Assembly: GCA_963722255.1 (NCBI GenBank)
Contig: CAVRJO010000001.1
Location: forward strand, 416,001 to 480,000
Length of the DNA: 64,000 nucleotides
Source of the DNA: Candidatus Babeliales bacterium
GTDB taxonomy: Bacteria > Babelota > Babeliae > Babelales > JANWKD01
Direction of reading: 5' to 3'
Shown: one piece after another, positions 20,833 through 30,431 of the stretch
How positions within the stretch are numbered: position 1 is the first letter of the stretch
Layout: each line of letters opens with the position of its first letter
Position numbers and translations under genes: made by a program
The notes under the pieces: generated by a model
Told to the model about the DNA's origin: nothing
Seen by the model: only the letters and a program-made list of their open reading frames with translations
The model's database searches: none

Positions 20833-21976
20833 CAGGACTTCCGCAAGAGTATTTAAAGATCTGATCTAGACGTATTTTTAAAAATAAATAGACTCTCCCA
20901 AAACGTTCAAATCAAAGGAGAGCCTAAAATGATCATCTCAAATAATATAACAACTTATCCATTTCTTACAATCCTAATAAATATTGGCAAAAGAAGTTTT
21001 GAAAACATGGGTAGGTTTATTAAAAAAAGTGGCGACACTATAAGTCGAATGTTGCGACCTGGACGGCGAAAGTCTAGAGGCATCAAAAAAAATTGCGCAA
21101 CAAATTTTTGCCAATAAAAAAACTTTAATAGTCAGCAATCGATGAAACGACTATCAAAAAAATTTATTCTCAAATGATGGAAGGCACGGGGTGGCTTTTT
21201 GACACCAAAATTGGCAGAAGTGATTAATGCGTATAAGCTGATTATTGCATCGATTACAGATGGCAAGTTCACTGTGCCAATATGCGCTGCTTTTACATTT
21301 GGTAAGAGAATTTTATAAAAATCCAAGTGAAGCATAAGAATCACTGTAAAATTTTTTATTAAAACTGCTCAGGACCTTTTTCCTAGTATAAAAATTATAG
21401 CTTTTTTGGATGGGGCATTTGCCACTGTAAACTATCTAAAATGGGCTATAGAAAATAACATTGCAACTGAAGTGCGAATGCACAGTAATCGAGTTGTTGA
21501 GTATAAAGGTAAAAAGAAAAAGCTACGAGAAATAAAAGAAATAAGACCAAAGGGCAGACAAATGGCTCGAACGGTTTAAGTTATTTGGCAAGGTCTTTCT
21601 CTGGATGTTACAGCTGTAAGGCGCATTGATAAGCATGGCGATGAAACAATCGTTTTCCAAGCGGCTACTTATAAAGCAACGCCAAGCCAACATGCTAAAA
21701 ATTATAAATGGCGTTGGGGCATAGAAAAATTATATAGAACGACAAAGCAAAGTATAGGATTACAAGAATGTTTTTCAAGAAAAATAGGTACACAATTTGA
21801 TCATATTTGTGCTGTATTATTAGCTTATTCAATCGCTCAACTGGAAATGAAAAAAAATGGATTATAAAAATGCAGAAGACGCTATCAGAGCTTTTAAGAA
21901 AAAAAATCCTGCTTTTTTAAATCGATGAATTATGGCTCTAGATCAAAACAATGCTAGTGTTTATGCGTAATTCCTG
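20833..21976 (+). mobile_element. IS701/IS4-like insertion sequence, 1144 bp, decayed
   Basis: Inverted ends CAGGACTTCCGCA and CAGGAATTACGCA (11/13); 7-bp target duplication AACTTTT (20826-32, 21977-83). Confidence 0.85.
20929..21970 (+). pseudogene. DDE transposase pseudogene
   Basis: Fragments AIDET, FLDGAFAT, YKWRWGIEKLYRTTKQ across frameshifts and in-frame stops. Confidence 0.85.
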
Positions 21977-23467
21977 AACTTTTTCATTCTTTGCATAATC
22001 AATTGCAGTTTTACCTTCATTATCGCGGATATCAACTCGAGCACCTTTTTCAATTAACCATGATATAGGCCTTATAGGATCAATCCTTATTATTTCTTCA
22101 GGTGTAGCTTCAACTAAATACATTAACGCTGTTTTACCATGCTTATCTTGAATATTAAGATCAACTGTTCCCCAGTAGGCATCAATGGCTTTTATAAGAT
22201 TTCTAAATATCGCATGAAAACTGCATATAACATCCGGATGCCTGCTGCAGATATCATGCCTATCGCGAATGTAAAATCTTTCAGCAACAATCATAAAAAG
22301 CGTCTGATCTAAATCTCCCAACTGTTTATTTAAATCAAAATATTCAGTTCTACGAATATAATCATGTGGATCTACCCATCGTGCATGTAAACTTTCAAAA
22401 GCAGATTCAGTTTCATCATTACGCTTTTTTGTAAGTAATTTGAGATTTACTTCTTTTGCTTCTAATAAAAAATTCTTCACTTTTTTGTTTTTTGCATAAT
22501 CAACCGCTGCTTTACCTTCATTATCTTGTAGAGTTATATAAGCACCTTTATCTAATAACATCTGTATTGGTTTAATAACATCACGATCAGTTTGTTCCGG
22601 AGTTGCTTCTACTAAATACATTAACGCAGTTTTTCCATTGGCATCTTGAATATTTACATCAATCCCGGGGACATCAAGCACCTTTGGTAGCATCCTTTGA
22701 TTTCTCCAAGGATCGCATTTGCCGTGAGCTGTGCACGGCTCACGATATTCAACCCAATAACTTTGAGCAACAGGCATCAAAACCGTTTGTTTAAGTTCAC
22801 CAAAGGGAATATTTAAGTTAACCTTACGTGAAATTAAGGTGTTCACTATAATTAAATTTACTGAACCATAAGACGCACCAAATCTTTTCATAGAATTAGC
22901 AATACGTATTTGAGAATAATAGTCTTTATTACCAGATTCTGTTTCTAATAAATATTTTTTAACTTTATCATCTTGTGCATAATCAAGAGCCGTCTTACCC
23001 TCATGATCTTTTATACGAAGATCAGCACCTTTAGAAAGTAAATTCTGAATTGAATCAATTATGCCCATGGAGCTATAATATTTGGCCCCTGGAGGATTAT
23101 TTTCTACTAAATAGATCAACGCCGTTTTCCCTTTTTTATCTTGAGCATTTACATCGATACCCGGCTTGTTAGCAAGCTCATTAAATAATCCCGAATTTCC
23201 AACACGAACTCCGCCATAAGGCATTGGCATATAAATCGAATATCTTTGTGCAAAAATCATTAAAGGTGTTTGTTCAAGCGGCCCACCGGTTTTATTTACA
23301 TCAGCCCCTTGTGCAACAAGCTCTTTTACACGATCATATATATCAACCGTTGGCTCATTACTCAGTATAAAATCAACAAGCGATTGATTAGAATCTTCGG
23401 CATTAGACCTCATTGTAATGAACAATATCAACATAAAAACAATTTTAATAAGGCTATTTTTTGCCAT
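21938..23467 (-). CDS. Exported three-module ankyrin-repeat protein; C-terminus now IS-derived (original stop at 19857-59)
   Basis: Probable start ATG 23467 (MAKNS); three modules each ending GKTA.DYA...KVK..LLE. Confidence 0.85.
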   Translation of the reverse strand: MAKNSLIKIVFMLILFITMRSNAEDSNQSLVDFILSNEPTVDIYDRVKELVAQGADVNKTGGPLEQTPLMIFAQRYSIYMPMPYGGVRVGNSGLFNELANKPGIDVNAQDKKGKTALIYLVENNPPGAKYYSSMGIIDSIQNLLSKGADLRIKDHEGKTALDYAQDDKVKKYLLETESGNKDYYSQIRIANSMKRFGASYGSVNLIIVNTLISRKVNLNIPFGELKQTVLMPVAQSYWVEYREPCTAHGKCDPWRNQRMLPKVLDVPGIDVNIQDANGKTALMYLVEATPEQTDRDVIKPIQMLLDKGAYITLQDNEGKAAVDYAKNKKVKNFLLEAKEVNLKLLTKKRNDETESAFESLHARWVDPHDYIRRTEYFDLNKQLGDLDQTLFMIVAERFYIRDRHDICSRHPDVICSFHAIFRNLIKAIDAYWGTVDLNIQDKHGKTALMYLVEATPEEIIRIDPIRPISWLIEKGARVDIRDNEGKTAIDYAKNEKVQELRINTSIVLI

Positions 23468-23674
23468 GAGTGACCCCTGATTTAAAAATAAACTTTCTTT
23501 ATAGTAAACAGTATAACAATATTTAATTTCTAATTGCAACAATATCAACAACCTCAAAAGAAGGTTTGACTTAATGAAAAACAACCCATGTATAGATCTT
23601 GGTATTATTATTCGTCTATGATAATCTTTAGTTAAGAAGTTAAAATTTTTTCCTAATAACCTACGCAGAAACTC

Positions 23675-25234
23675 ATGAAACGATTACCGATTTTTATAAG
23701 TAATTTTCCAGAAATGATTAATGATGAGTATGCTTACATAGATAAAACCGAACAGATTTATAATCTGGTCAAAAATAAGGGATTTTATTTTCTTTCGCGT
23801 CCTCGTCGTTTTGGTAAATCGCTCCTTGTTTCTACCTTAAAAGAAGTTTTTTTGGCAAATAAAAAGTTGTTTAACAATCTTTGGATTAGTAACAGCGATT
23901 ATGTATGGGAAAAATACCCGATTATTGAAATCGATTTTTCACAGATACCGCGCTTAACAACAGATGAGTTTAGATCTGCGCTCAACCGGCATTTAAAAAA
24001 CATAGCAGCCGAATATACTCTACTCCTTCCGGGCGATTTAAATACTCCTGAAGAAACATTGATAACATTGGTTAAAGAACTGAATAAACATACCCATAAT
24101 AACATTGTCATTCTTATTGATGAATATGATAAACCGATTATTGATCATATTCATAGCCATGAAGAAGCTACTAAGTATCAGGCAATTTTAAGAAGTTTTT
24201 ACACAACCATTAAAAGTCTCGAGCGCCATCTTCATTTTGTTTTTCTTACCGGCGTCAGCAAGTTTGCAAAAACATCGGTCTTTTCCGGAATTAATAACTT
24301 AAACGATATCTCTCTTAAACCTGAAGCTGCTCAGCTTTTAGGTTACACTCATGATGAAATACAGCATTATTTACACGAATATTGTGAAGAATTTGCACAA
24401 AAAGTTCATAAATCTCCTCAAGAAATCATGCAACTACTCACTAGTTGGTACAATGGCTATAGGTTTTCTGAATTAACCACTAAAGTATATAACCCTTTTT
24501 CAGTGCTCTATTGCCTTTATGATAAAAAATTTCAGAACTACTGGTATGCTTCGGGCACACCAACGTTTCTTATAACACTGCTCAAAAAACAATATGAATA
24601 TATTGAAAATGTGGAAGAAAGTGAGCTTTCTCCTGAAAGCTTTGGCACCTTTGAACTCAATGATATTCCGCTTGTTCCTCTGCTTTTTCAAACGGGATAC
24701 CTGACCATCAAAGATTTTAATGAACAAACTGGCATGTTTAAACTTGGTTTCCCGAATTATGAAGTTAAAGAATCATTTACAAAGTTTATTGTAACAACGT
24801 TAGCCCAAGCTTCAATATCAACCGTTGATGCTGCACTTGGTAAGTTTCGTGCTGCTTTAAAAAACAATGATCTCGATTTATTTTTTAGGACCTTACAAAA
24901 TCTTTTTGCTCACGTCCCGTACTCTATTCTTAAAGAAAGCTATTACCATGCATTATTTCAATTTTTATTGCGACTCTTATCTATAGAGGCACAATCGGAA
25001 ATTTTAACCAATACCGGACGGATTGATACGGTTTTAATCACTAAAACTCATGTTTATATTTTTGAACTTAAACTTAACAAATCTCCGCAAGTAGCATTAC
25101 AACAGATTAAAGATAAAAAGTATTATGAACGATATCTTTCCAGCGGCAAACAGATCATCTTAGTCGGTTTATCTTTTATACATAGCGATGATGAGATGCA
25201 TTTAGAACACGTTGAAGAAGTTTTTAACTCATAA
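23675..25234 (+). CDS. AAA-ATPase-like domain plus C-terminal PD-(D/E)XK nuclease protein, intact
   Basis: YIDKT, RPRRFGKSL, LIDEYDKP, YNGY, GRID...IFELK, ALQQI..KKY. Confidence 0.9.
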   Translation: MKRLPIFISNFPEMINDEYAYIDKTEQIYNLVKNKGFYFLSRPRRFGKSLLVSTLKEVFLANKKLFNNLWISNSDYVWEKYPIIEIDFSQIPRLTTDEFRSALNRHLKNIAAEYTLLLPGDLNTPEETLITLVKELNKHTHNNIVILIDEYDKPIIDHIHSHEEATKYQAILRSFYTTIKSLERHLHFVFLTGVSKFAKTSVFSGINNLNDISLKPEAAQLLGYTHDEIQHYLHEYCEEFAQKVHKSPQEIMQLLTSWYNGYRFSELTTKVYNPFSVLYCLYDKKFQNYWYASGTPTFLITLLKKQYEYIENVEESELSPESFGTFELNDIPLVPLLFQTGYLTIKDFNEQTGMFKLGFPNYEVKESFTKFIVTTLAQASISTVDAALGKFRAALKNNDLDLFFRTLQNLFAHVPYSILKESYYHALFQFLLRLLSIEAQSEILTNTGRIDTVLITKTHVYIFELKLNKSPQVALQQIKDKKYYERYLSSGKQIILVGLSFIHSDDEMHLEHVEEVFNS

Positions 25235-25314
25235 GATTAGCTTTTTTTGTTAAACTAATTAGACTAAAAAGAGCTGTTGTATAAAGAGTTTTTCCATCTT
25301 TAAGGAATCATACT

Positions 25315-26049
25315 ATGCAGGAAAATCGTCCTAAAAATTTTAGAAGAATCATCGTTGAAGGAAATATAGGCGCAGGCAAATCAACCTTTTTGCGCTTACT
25401 CCAAAACCATTTTTCTGCTCAATTTGTTTTCGAGCCTCATGAACAATGGCAAAATGTAGGTGGACACAACCTTTTAGATAAATTTTATACTGAACAAAAA
25501 CGTTGGGCTTATACCTTTCAGTCCTACGCTTTTGTAACACGCATGAGAGCAGATGAACAAGCTCTCAAAAACAACAACCACAATACACTCATAGTAGAAC
25601 GATCAGTATTTTCTGATCGTTATTGTTTTGCAAAAAACTGTTTTGAAATGGGCGTTATAACTCCTTTGGAATGGCAACTATATCAAGATTGGTTTGAATG
25701 GCTCGTTGAAACGCAAAATTATATTCCTGATGGATTTGTATATCTTAAAACTGATCCAAAAATCTGCCACCAACGAATGATGAATCGCAATAGAAGTGAA
25801 GAATCTGCCGTAAGTCTTGAATACCTCACTATGATTCATCAAAAGCATGAAGATTGGCTTATTAAGAAAATTGGTATCCCAAACTATTTACTCCATGTCC
25901 CTGTTTTAAGTTTAGAATGCGATACAGATTTTGAATTTGATTCTACTGAACTTCAAAAACATTTTCTTGCTATTGAAGAATTTTTCAACATCCCCACAAT
26001 GCATAAAGAGAATGATCTATCCTTTGAATCAAGGGCCAATGTGCAATAG
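25315..26049 (+). CDS. Deoxynucleoside kinase
   Basis: EGNIGAGKST, ERSVFSDRYCF, R-R-EE lid. Confidence 0.9.
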   Translation: MQENRPKNFRRIIVEGNIGAGKSTFLRLLQNHFSAQFVFEPHEQWQNVGGHNLLDKFYTEQKRWAYTFQSYAFVTRMRADEQALKNNNHNTLIVERSVFSDRYCFAKNCFEMGVITPLEWQLYQDWFEWLVETQNYIPDGFVYLKTDPKICHQRMMNRNRSEESAVSLEYLTMIHQKHEDWLIKKIGIPNYLLHVPVLSLECDTDFEFDSTELQKHFLAIEEFFNIPTMHKENDLSFESRANVQ

Positions 26050-26078
26050 AATAATGCTAAATTAGGAAAGTAGTAAAG

Positions 26079-27104
26079 ATGCAAAGAGCAAAAAAACAGT
26101 TGGTTCTTAAAAAATATACCTATTATATCTTCTTGAGTAGCATATTTTTATTAAATTTTAATGCTCTCAATACTATGGAAAATAATAATAAGCATAGAAA
26201 TAAAAGAAATAAAAGTTGTTTATCGACAAAACCCCAACCTAAACTTCAACCTAGTGAAAAATTTTTAACAAGCAATCCCAATCAAATTGATTATTTTAGT
26301 TCATTACCCATTGAATTAATCGCTTTTATAACTTTATTATTGCTTGAAAATCCTCTTAACCAAGAGAAACAATATCCTGATTTTGATATAGCGTTACGCG
26401 CTGTTTTACAAGATGTTACCTCTTTTGCATTAATAAACAAGGCCATGATGTTGATTTTTTCAGATACTGAATCTGATTTTGCAAAGCAGGCTGCAACTTA
26501 TCTTACTAACAATATCACCATCAAAATTGTACTATCGAGAGATTTTTCAAAAATAAATAATCGAGATAAATTAATTGTACCTTTTTTAAAAGTTGCCCTT
26601 AAAAATCATAGAGATTATCTTTTAAAACAATTTCAAATCAATCTCAAATGGATGGAGTCTTTAAAGCAGCACACGGCAGAAGCACTAAAAACGCTCAAGG
26701 ATTATCAAGAATTAACTTATGCTCCACATGAATATACAATATTTGGCCTAAATGGCTTTGCTTTAGACAGCATTTCTACTTTATTTACAATTTTTTATAG
26801 CGGTGTAGAGCTGAAAAAAATACATTACAATAGTAGTATACAGGTAAAAAAATTCTACGATTGGCATTTCGAAAGGAGATCGCACTATTGCACACTACTT
26901 TCATTTGCTCTTGATATGGTTAATTTTAGTAAGCTCCAGGATAAACCCTTTGATTTTATTAAACTACTTATAGCTCAAGGCGCTGATCATAGCAGGATCT
27001 GTACAATACCTACGTGTAAATATCCTACACCATGGCAAGAAGCTAAAGAAATTCAAACAAAAGATCCAAGAATTTTAGCTCTATTTGATGACAATACCAA
27101 TTAA
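26079..27104 (+). CDS. Exported protein with F-box-like motif and ankyrin-like C-terminus (signal peptide then T|MEN)
   Basis: YFSSLPIELIAFITLLL; FIKLLIAQGAD...TPWQEA. Confidence 0.6.
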   Translation: MQRAKKQLVLKKYTYYIFLSSIFLLNFNALNTMENNNKHRNKRNKSCLSTKPQPKLQPSEKFLTSNPNQIDYFSSLPIELIAFITLLLLENPLNQEKQYPDFDIALRAVLQDVTSFALINKAMMLIFSDTESDFAKQAATYLTNNITIKIVLSRDFSKINNRDKLIVPFLKVALKNHRDYLLKQFQINLKWMESLKQHTAEALKTLKDYQELTYAPHEYTIFGLNGFALDSISTLFTIFYSGVELKKIHYNSSIQVKKFYDWHFERRSHYCTLLSFALDMVNFSKLQDKPFDFIKLLIAQGADHSRICTIPTCKYPTPWQEAKEIQTKDPRILALFDDNTN

Positions 27105-27237
27105 TTCCTGACAAAAAGTGAATAAATTATTAAAAAAAACAAAAAAAATGCTTTCAGCCTTGCAAAATTGAAACAAAGAGAGTTACAATGGTGTATTAGT
27201 GTAGCTCTTATAAAACGTGTCATTATAAAGGAATACT

Positions 27238-27483
27238 ATGGAAGGTATACTTATCGCTAAAGCGGCAGCACTTATTGGGTCTGCTTTTGTTATGGGCATT
27301 GGATGTATTGCGCCAGCTTATGGTCAAGGTTTGATTGGAGCTGAAGCCTGTAAAAATATAGGCAAATATCCCCAAAGTTCTAAAGAAATAAGAACAACTA
27401 TGCTTTTAGCTATGGGTATTGTTGAATCATCTGCAGTATACGCATTATTAATTGCTCTATTGTTGTTATTCTTACGTTCATAA
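27238..27483 (+). CDS. atpE: ATP synthase F0 subunit c
   Basis: Helical hairpin with conserved Glu in VESSAVY. Confidence 0.95.
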   Translation: MEGILIAKAAALIGSAFVMGIGCIAPAYGQGLIGAEACKNIGKYPQSSKEIRTTMLLAMGIVESSAVYALLIALLLLFLRS

Positions 27484-27514
27484 AAAGTAAATAGTCCTAT
27501 AGCGTAAGGCATCT

Positions 27515-27877
27515 ATGGATATTAATTTTACCTTTTTTGTACAACTTTTTCATTTTTTTATAGCCTATCAGATTATCGAAAAGCTATTTTGTAAGCCCAC
27601 AATCAGAGCAATTGAAAAGGAAAAAAAATCGTATTCCGATCTTATTGCTCAAATAACCTTACAACAACAAGAGCTTACAAAAAAAGAGGAATATAAACAA
27701 ACCGAATGGGATCGAATTAAACTTTTTTTTTCACAATCACTTCCTGTGGTAACAAAGAAAAAAGCTGCTCAACCAACCCAACCTATTCCAATGCCCTCAT
27801 TATCGGATCATGAAAAACGTGAATATCAACAAAAAATAGAGACTTTCTTGATGCAAAGGCTTCGTAATGTTGTATAA
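27515..27877 (+). CDS. ATP synthase F0 subunit b'-like
   Basis: MDINFTFFVQ...LFCKP N-terminus; position in the operon. Confidence 0.75.
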   Translation: MDINFTFFVQLFHFFIAYQIIEKLFCKPTIRAIEKEKKSYSDLIAQITLQQQELTKKEEYKQTEWDRIKLFFSQSLPVVTKKKAAQPTQPIPMPSLSDHEKREYQQKIETFLMQRLRNVV

Positions 27878-28364
27878 AGTTTTTTCTCTAACAACATTTT
27901 TTCGTCTTGTGAATTTTATTGCTTTTGCAGGATTAGCAGTTTATTTATTTAAGCGATATCTTCTACCATCACTTTACAAACAAATTCATGAGAAAAAACT
28001 TTTATTACAAAATCTAGAGCATCAAAAACAAGGTATCAAATATCAATTAAACAATCTCGATCAAGCAATTGAACAACAAAATTTTCTTGGGCAAGAACTT
28101 ACACAAAAAATAAAAATCTGGGCAACCTATGTTCACACAAAAAATGAACAAGAACAGCTTGAACAACGTATAAATCAAGCAAAAATAGATAAAAAAACTG
28201 AGATTAAGAATCAAAAGCTACTCTTTGAACATGCTAATAAAGAATTTGTTCCTAAACTTATAAAAACGGTTGAACATGAGCTTGCACAAGAGTTTGAACA
28301 ACCCGATCAAGCAAAAAAATATAGTAATACTATTTTACGCTTTATAGAAGAAAGCTCACAATGA
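27867..28364 (+). CDS. atpF: ATP synthase F0 subunit b
   Basis: RLVNFIAF TM followed by coiled coil; position in the operon. Confidence 0.75.
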   Translation: MLYKVFSLTTFFRLVNFIAFAGLAVYLFKRYLLPSLYKQIHEKKLLLQNLEHQKQGIKYQLNNLDQAIEQQNFLGQELTQKIKIWATYVHTKNEQEQLEQRINQAKIDKKTEIKNQKLLFEHANKEFVPKLIKTVEHELAQEFEQPDQAKKYSNTILRFIEESSQ

Positions 28365-28900
28365 ATAGCAGTGAAATTGTGCTTGCAAAAAAATACGCAC
28401 AGGCCTTTTTAAATCTTTATATACAAGATATTTCATATAACGATTATTCAACAATCAAAGCAGCTGCACTCTATTTTAATAAGAACCATGCTTTTTTTTC
28501 GCTCCTTAATATTCCAACAATTTCATTACAACAAAAAAGAGATTCTCTTTATGCACTATTACGTGAATTACATATTTCAGAAATTTTTAACAAAATAGTT
28601 GAACTAATTATCAAGCACCAACGAATTTATTTAATTCCGGCTCTTTTTGATGCCTTAGTGCATGGCTATGAACAACGAAAAAAAATTATATCTTTTACCA
28701 TTACAAGTTCACACGAGTTATCAGGCGATGATCTTGAAATAATAAAAAAATTTCTTACAAAAAAAACAGATTCACATAGTGTATGTACCTTTAGAATTAA
28801 CAAAAAGTTACTAGCCGGAATACGAATGCAAAGCGATCTATTTCTTTGGGAATATTCTGTGGCAAAGCAGTTAAGAACAATAAATAAATGTATTAGGTAG
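28361..28900 (+). CDS. atpH: ATP synthase F1 subunit delta
   Basis: AKKYAQA, LLAGIRM, EYSVAKQL. Confidence 0.9.
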   Translation: MNSSEIVLAKKYAQAFLNLYIQDISYNDYSTIKAAALYFNKNHAFFSLLNIPTISLQQKRDSLYALLRELHISEIFNKIVELIIKHQRIYLIPALFDALVHGYEQRKKIISFTITSSHELSGDDLEIIKKFLTKKTDSHSVCTFRINKKLLAGIRMQSDLFLWEYSVAKQLRTINKCIR

Positions 28901-28912
28901 TAAGGACCAAAA

Positions 28913-30424
28913 ATGGACATAAAAAGCTCTGACTTAATAAGCCTGTTTGAAAAATCGCTTACCAATTTATCTCAAGAAAAACTTGAAGAAACAGGTGTTG
29001 TCATTCAAGTTGGCGACAATATCTGCAAAGTATACGGATTACTCAATGCCGTCTATGGTGAACTTATAGAGTTTGAAGGCGGTAATAAAGGAATAATCTT
29101 TAGTCTTGAAGAAGATTATGTTGCTATATTTTTGCTCTATACAACTATCGGTGTTGCTGAATTAGAAGTAGCTAAACGCACAGGCAGCGCTTTTAAAACA
29201 CCTGTTGGAAAAAATCTTCTTGGGCGTACTTTAAATGCGATTGGAAACCCTATTGATGCGCTCGGAGATCTCAATCCTGAAAGATATCGAACTATTGAAC
29301 AAACCGTACCGGGTATTATTGAGCGGAGCCCTATTGATGAACCTTTACAAACGGGAATTTTGGTTATTGACGCACTCTTTCCTATTGGAAAAGGACAGCG
29401 TGAACTTATTATAGGAAACAGAAATACCGGCAAAACATCAATTGTGCTTGATACAATTCTTAATCAAAAGGGCAAAAACGTCTATTGCGTGTATGTTTCT
29501 ATTGGACAACGCCAAGCAAATCTTGCACGTTTCATTCGTACCCTTGAAGAAAATGGCGCTCTTGATTATAGCGTTATAATTAGCGCTGATGCTAGTGAAT
29601 CGGCTCTCAATCAATATTTAGCACCTTATGTAGGTTGTACCATTGCAGAATATTTTAGAAATCAAGGTCAAGATGCTTTGATTATTTATGACGATTTAAC
29701 CAATCATGCAATTGCCTATAGAGAAATGTCATTATTATTACGCAGACCGCCTGGACGCGAAGCATATCCCGGAGATGTTTTCTTCCTTCATTCGCGACTT
29801 TTAGAACGCGCTGGTAAATTAACCAATGGTGGATCAGTAACAGCATTACCTATTGTACAAATTCAAAGTGATGATATCACAGCGTATATTCCTACCAATT
29901 TAATTTCGATTACCGACGGTCAAATCTTTTTAGATACACAACTTTTTAACCAAGGAATTCGACCGGCAGTTAATGTTGAACTTTCAGTTTCTCGTGTTGG
30001 AAGCGCTGCTCAAACAAAAGCAATTAAAAAAGTGACAAAATCATTACGCCTTGAAATCGCTCAATATAACGAACTCCTTGATTTTTCACAATTTGGAACA
30101 GAACTTGATATTATTTCTCAAAAAAGGCTTGCCCGCGGTGCCCTTGCTCAAGAAATTTTAAAACAAACTCAATTTACACATTACTCTTTTGTAGATGAAA
30201 CGATTATTATTTTTCTTTTAAAAGAAAACTTCTTGCATGATATTAAACCAAAAAATGTTCGACAATATATACAGCAATGCGTAAGTTACATTCAAAGCGT
30301 TTATTCAGATTTATATACCACGATTTTAGAATCTAAAGATTTAAGCGAAGAAAGTGCTAAACTTCTTTTTGATGCAGCACAAGAGTTTAAAAAAATATTT
30401 GTACCATCCGATGAATTAACATAG
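28913..30424 (+). CDS. atpA: ATP synthase F1 subunit alpha
   Basis: PIGKGQRELIIG, RRPPGREAYPGDVF, ISITDGQI. Confidence 0.97.
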   Translation: MDIKSSDLISLFEKSLTNLSQEKLEETGVVIQVGDNICKVYGLLNAVYGELIEFEGGNKGIIFSLEEDYVAIFLLYTTIGVAELEVAKRTGSAFKTPVGKNLLGRTLNAIGNPIDALGDLNPERYRTIEQTVPGIIERSPIDEPLQTGILVIDALFPIGKGQRELIIGNRNTGKTSIVLDTILNQKGKNVYCVYVSIGQRQANLARFIRTLEENGALDYSVIISADASESALNQYLAPYVGCTIAEYFRNQGQDALIIYDDLTNHAIAYREMSLLLRRPPGREAYPGDVFFLHSRLLERAGKLTNGGSVTALPIVQIQSDDITAYIPTNLISITDGQIFLDTQLFNQGIRPAVNVELSVSRVGSAAQTKAIKKVTKSLRLEIAQYNELLDFSQFGTELDIISQKRLARGALAQEILKQTQFTHYSFVDETIIIFLLKENFLHDIKPKNVRQYIQQCVSYIQSVYSDLYTTILESKDLSEESAKLLFDAAQEFKKIFVPSDELT

Positions 30425-30431
30425 GATATGT

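Noticed and set aside
20866..21941. CTAG...CTAG as the ends of the second IS
   Set aside because: Better ends exist at 20833 and 21976, with inverted repeats, a 7-bp duplication and in-frame restoration of the ankyrin gene
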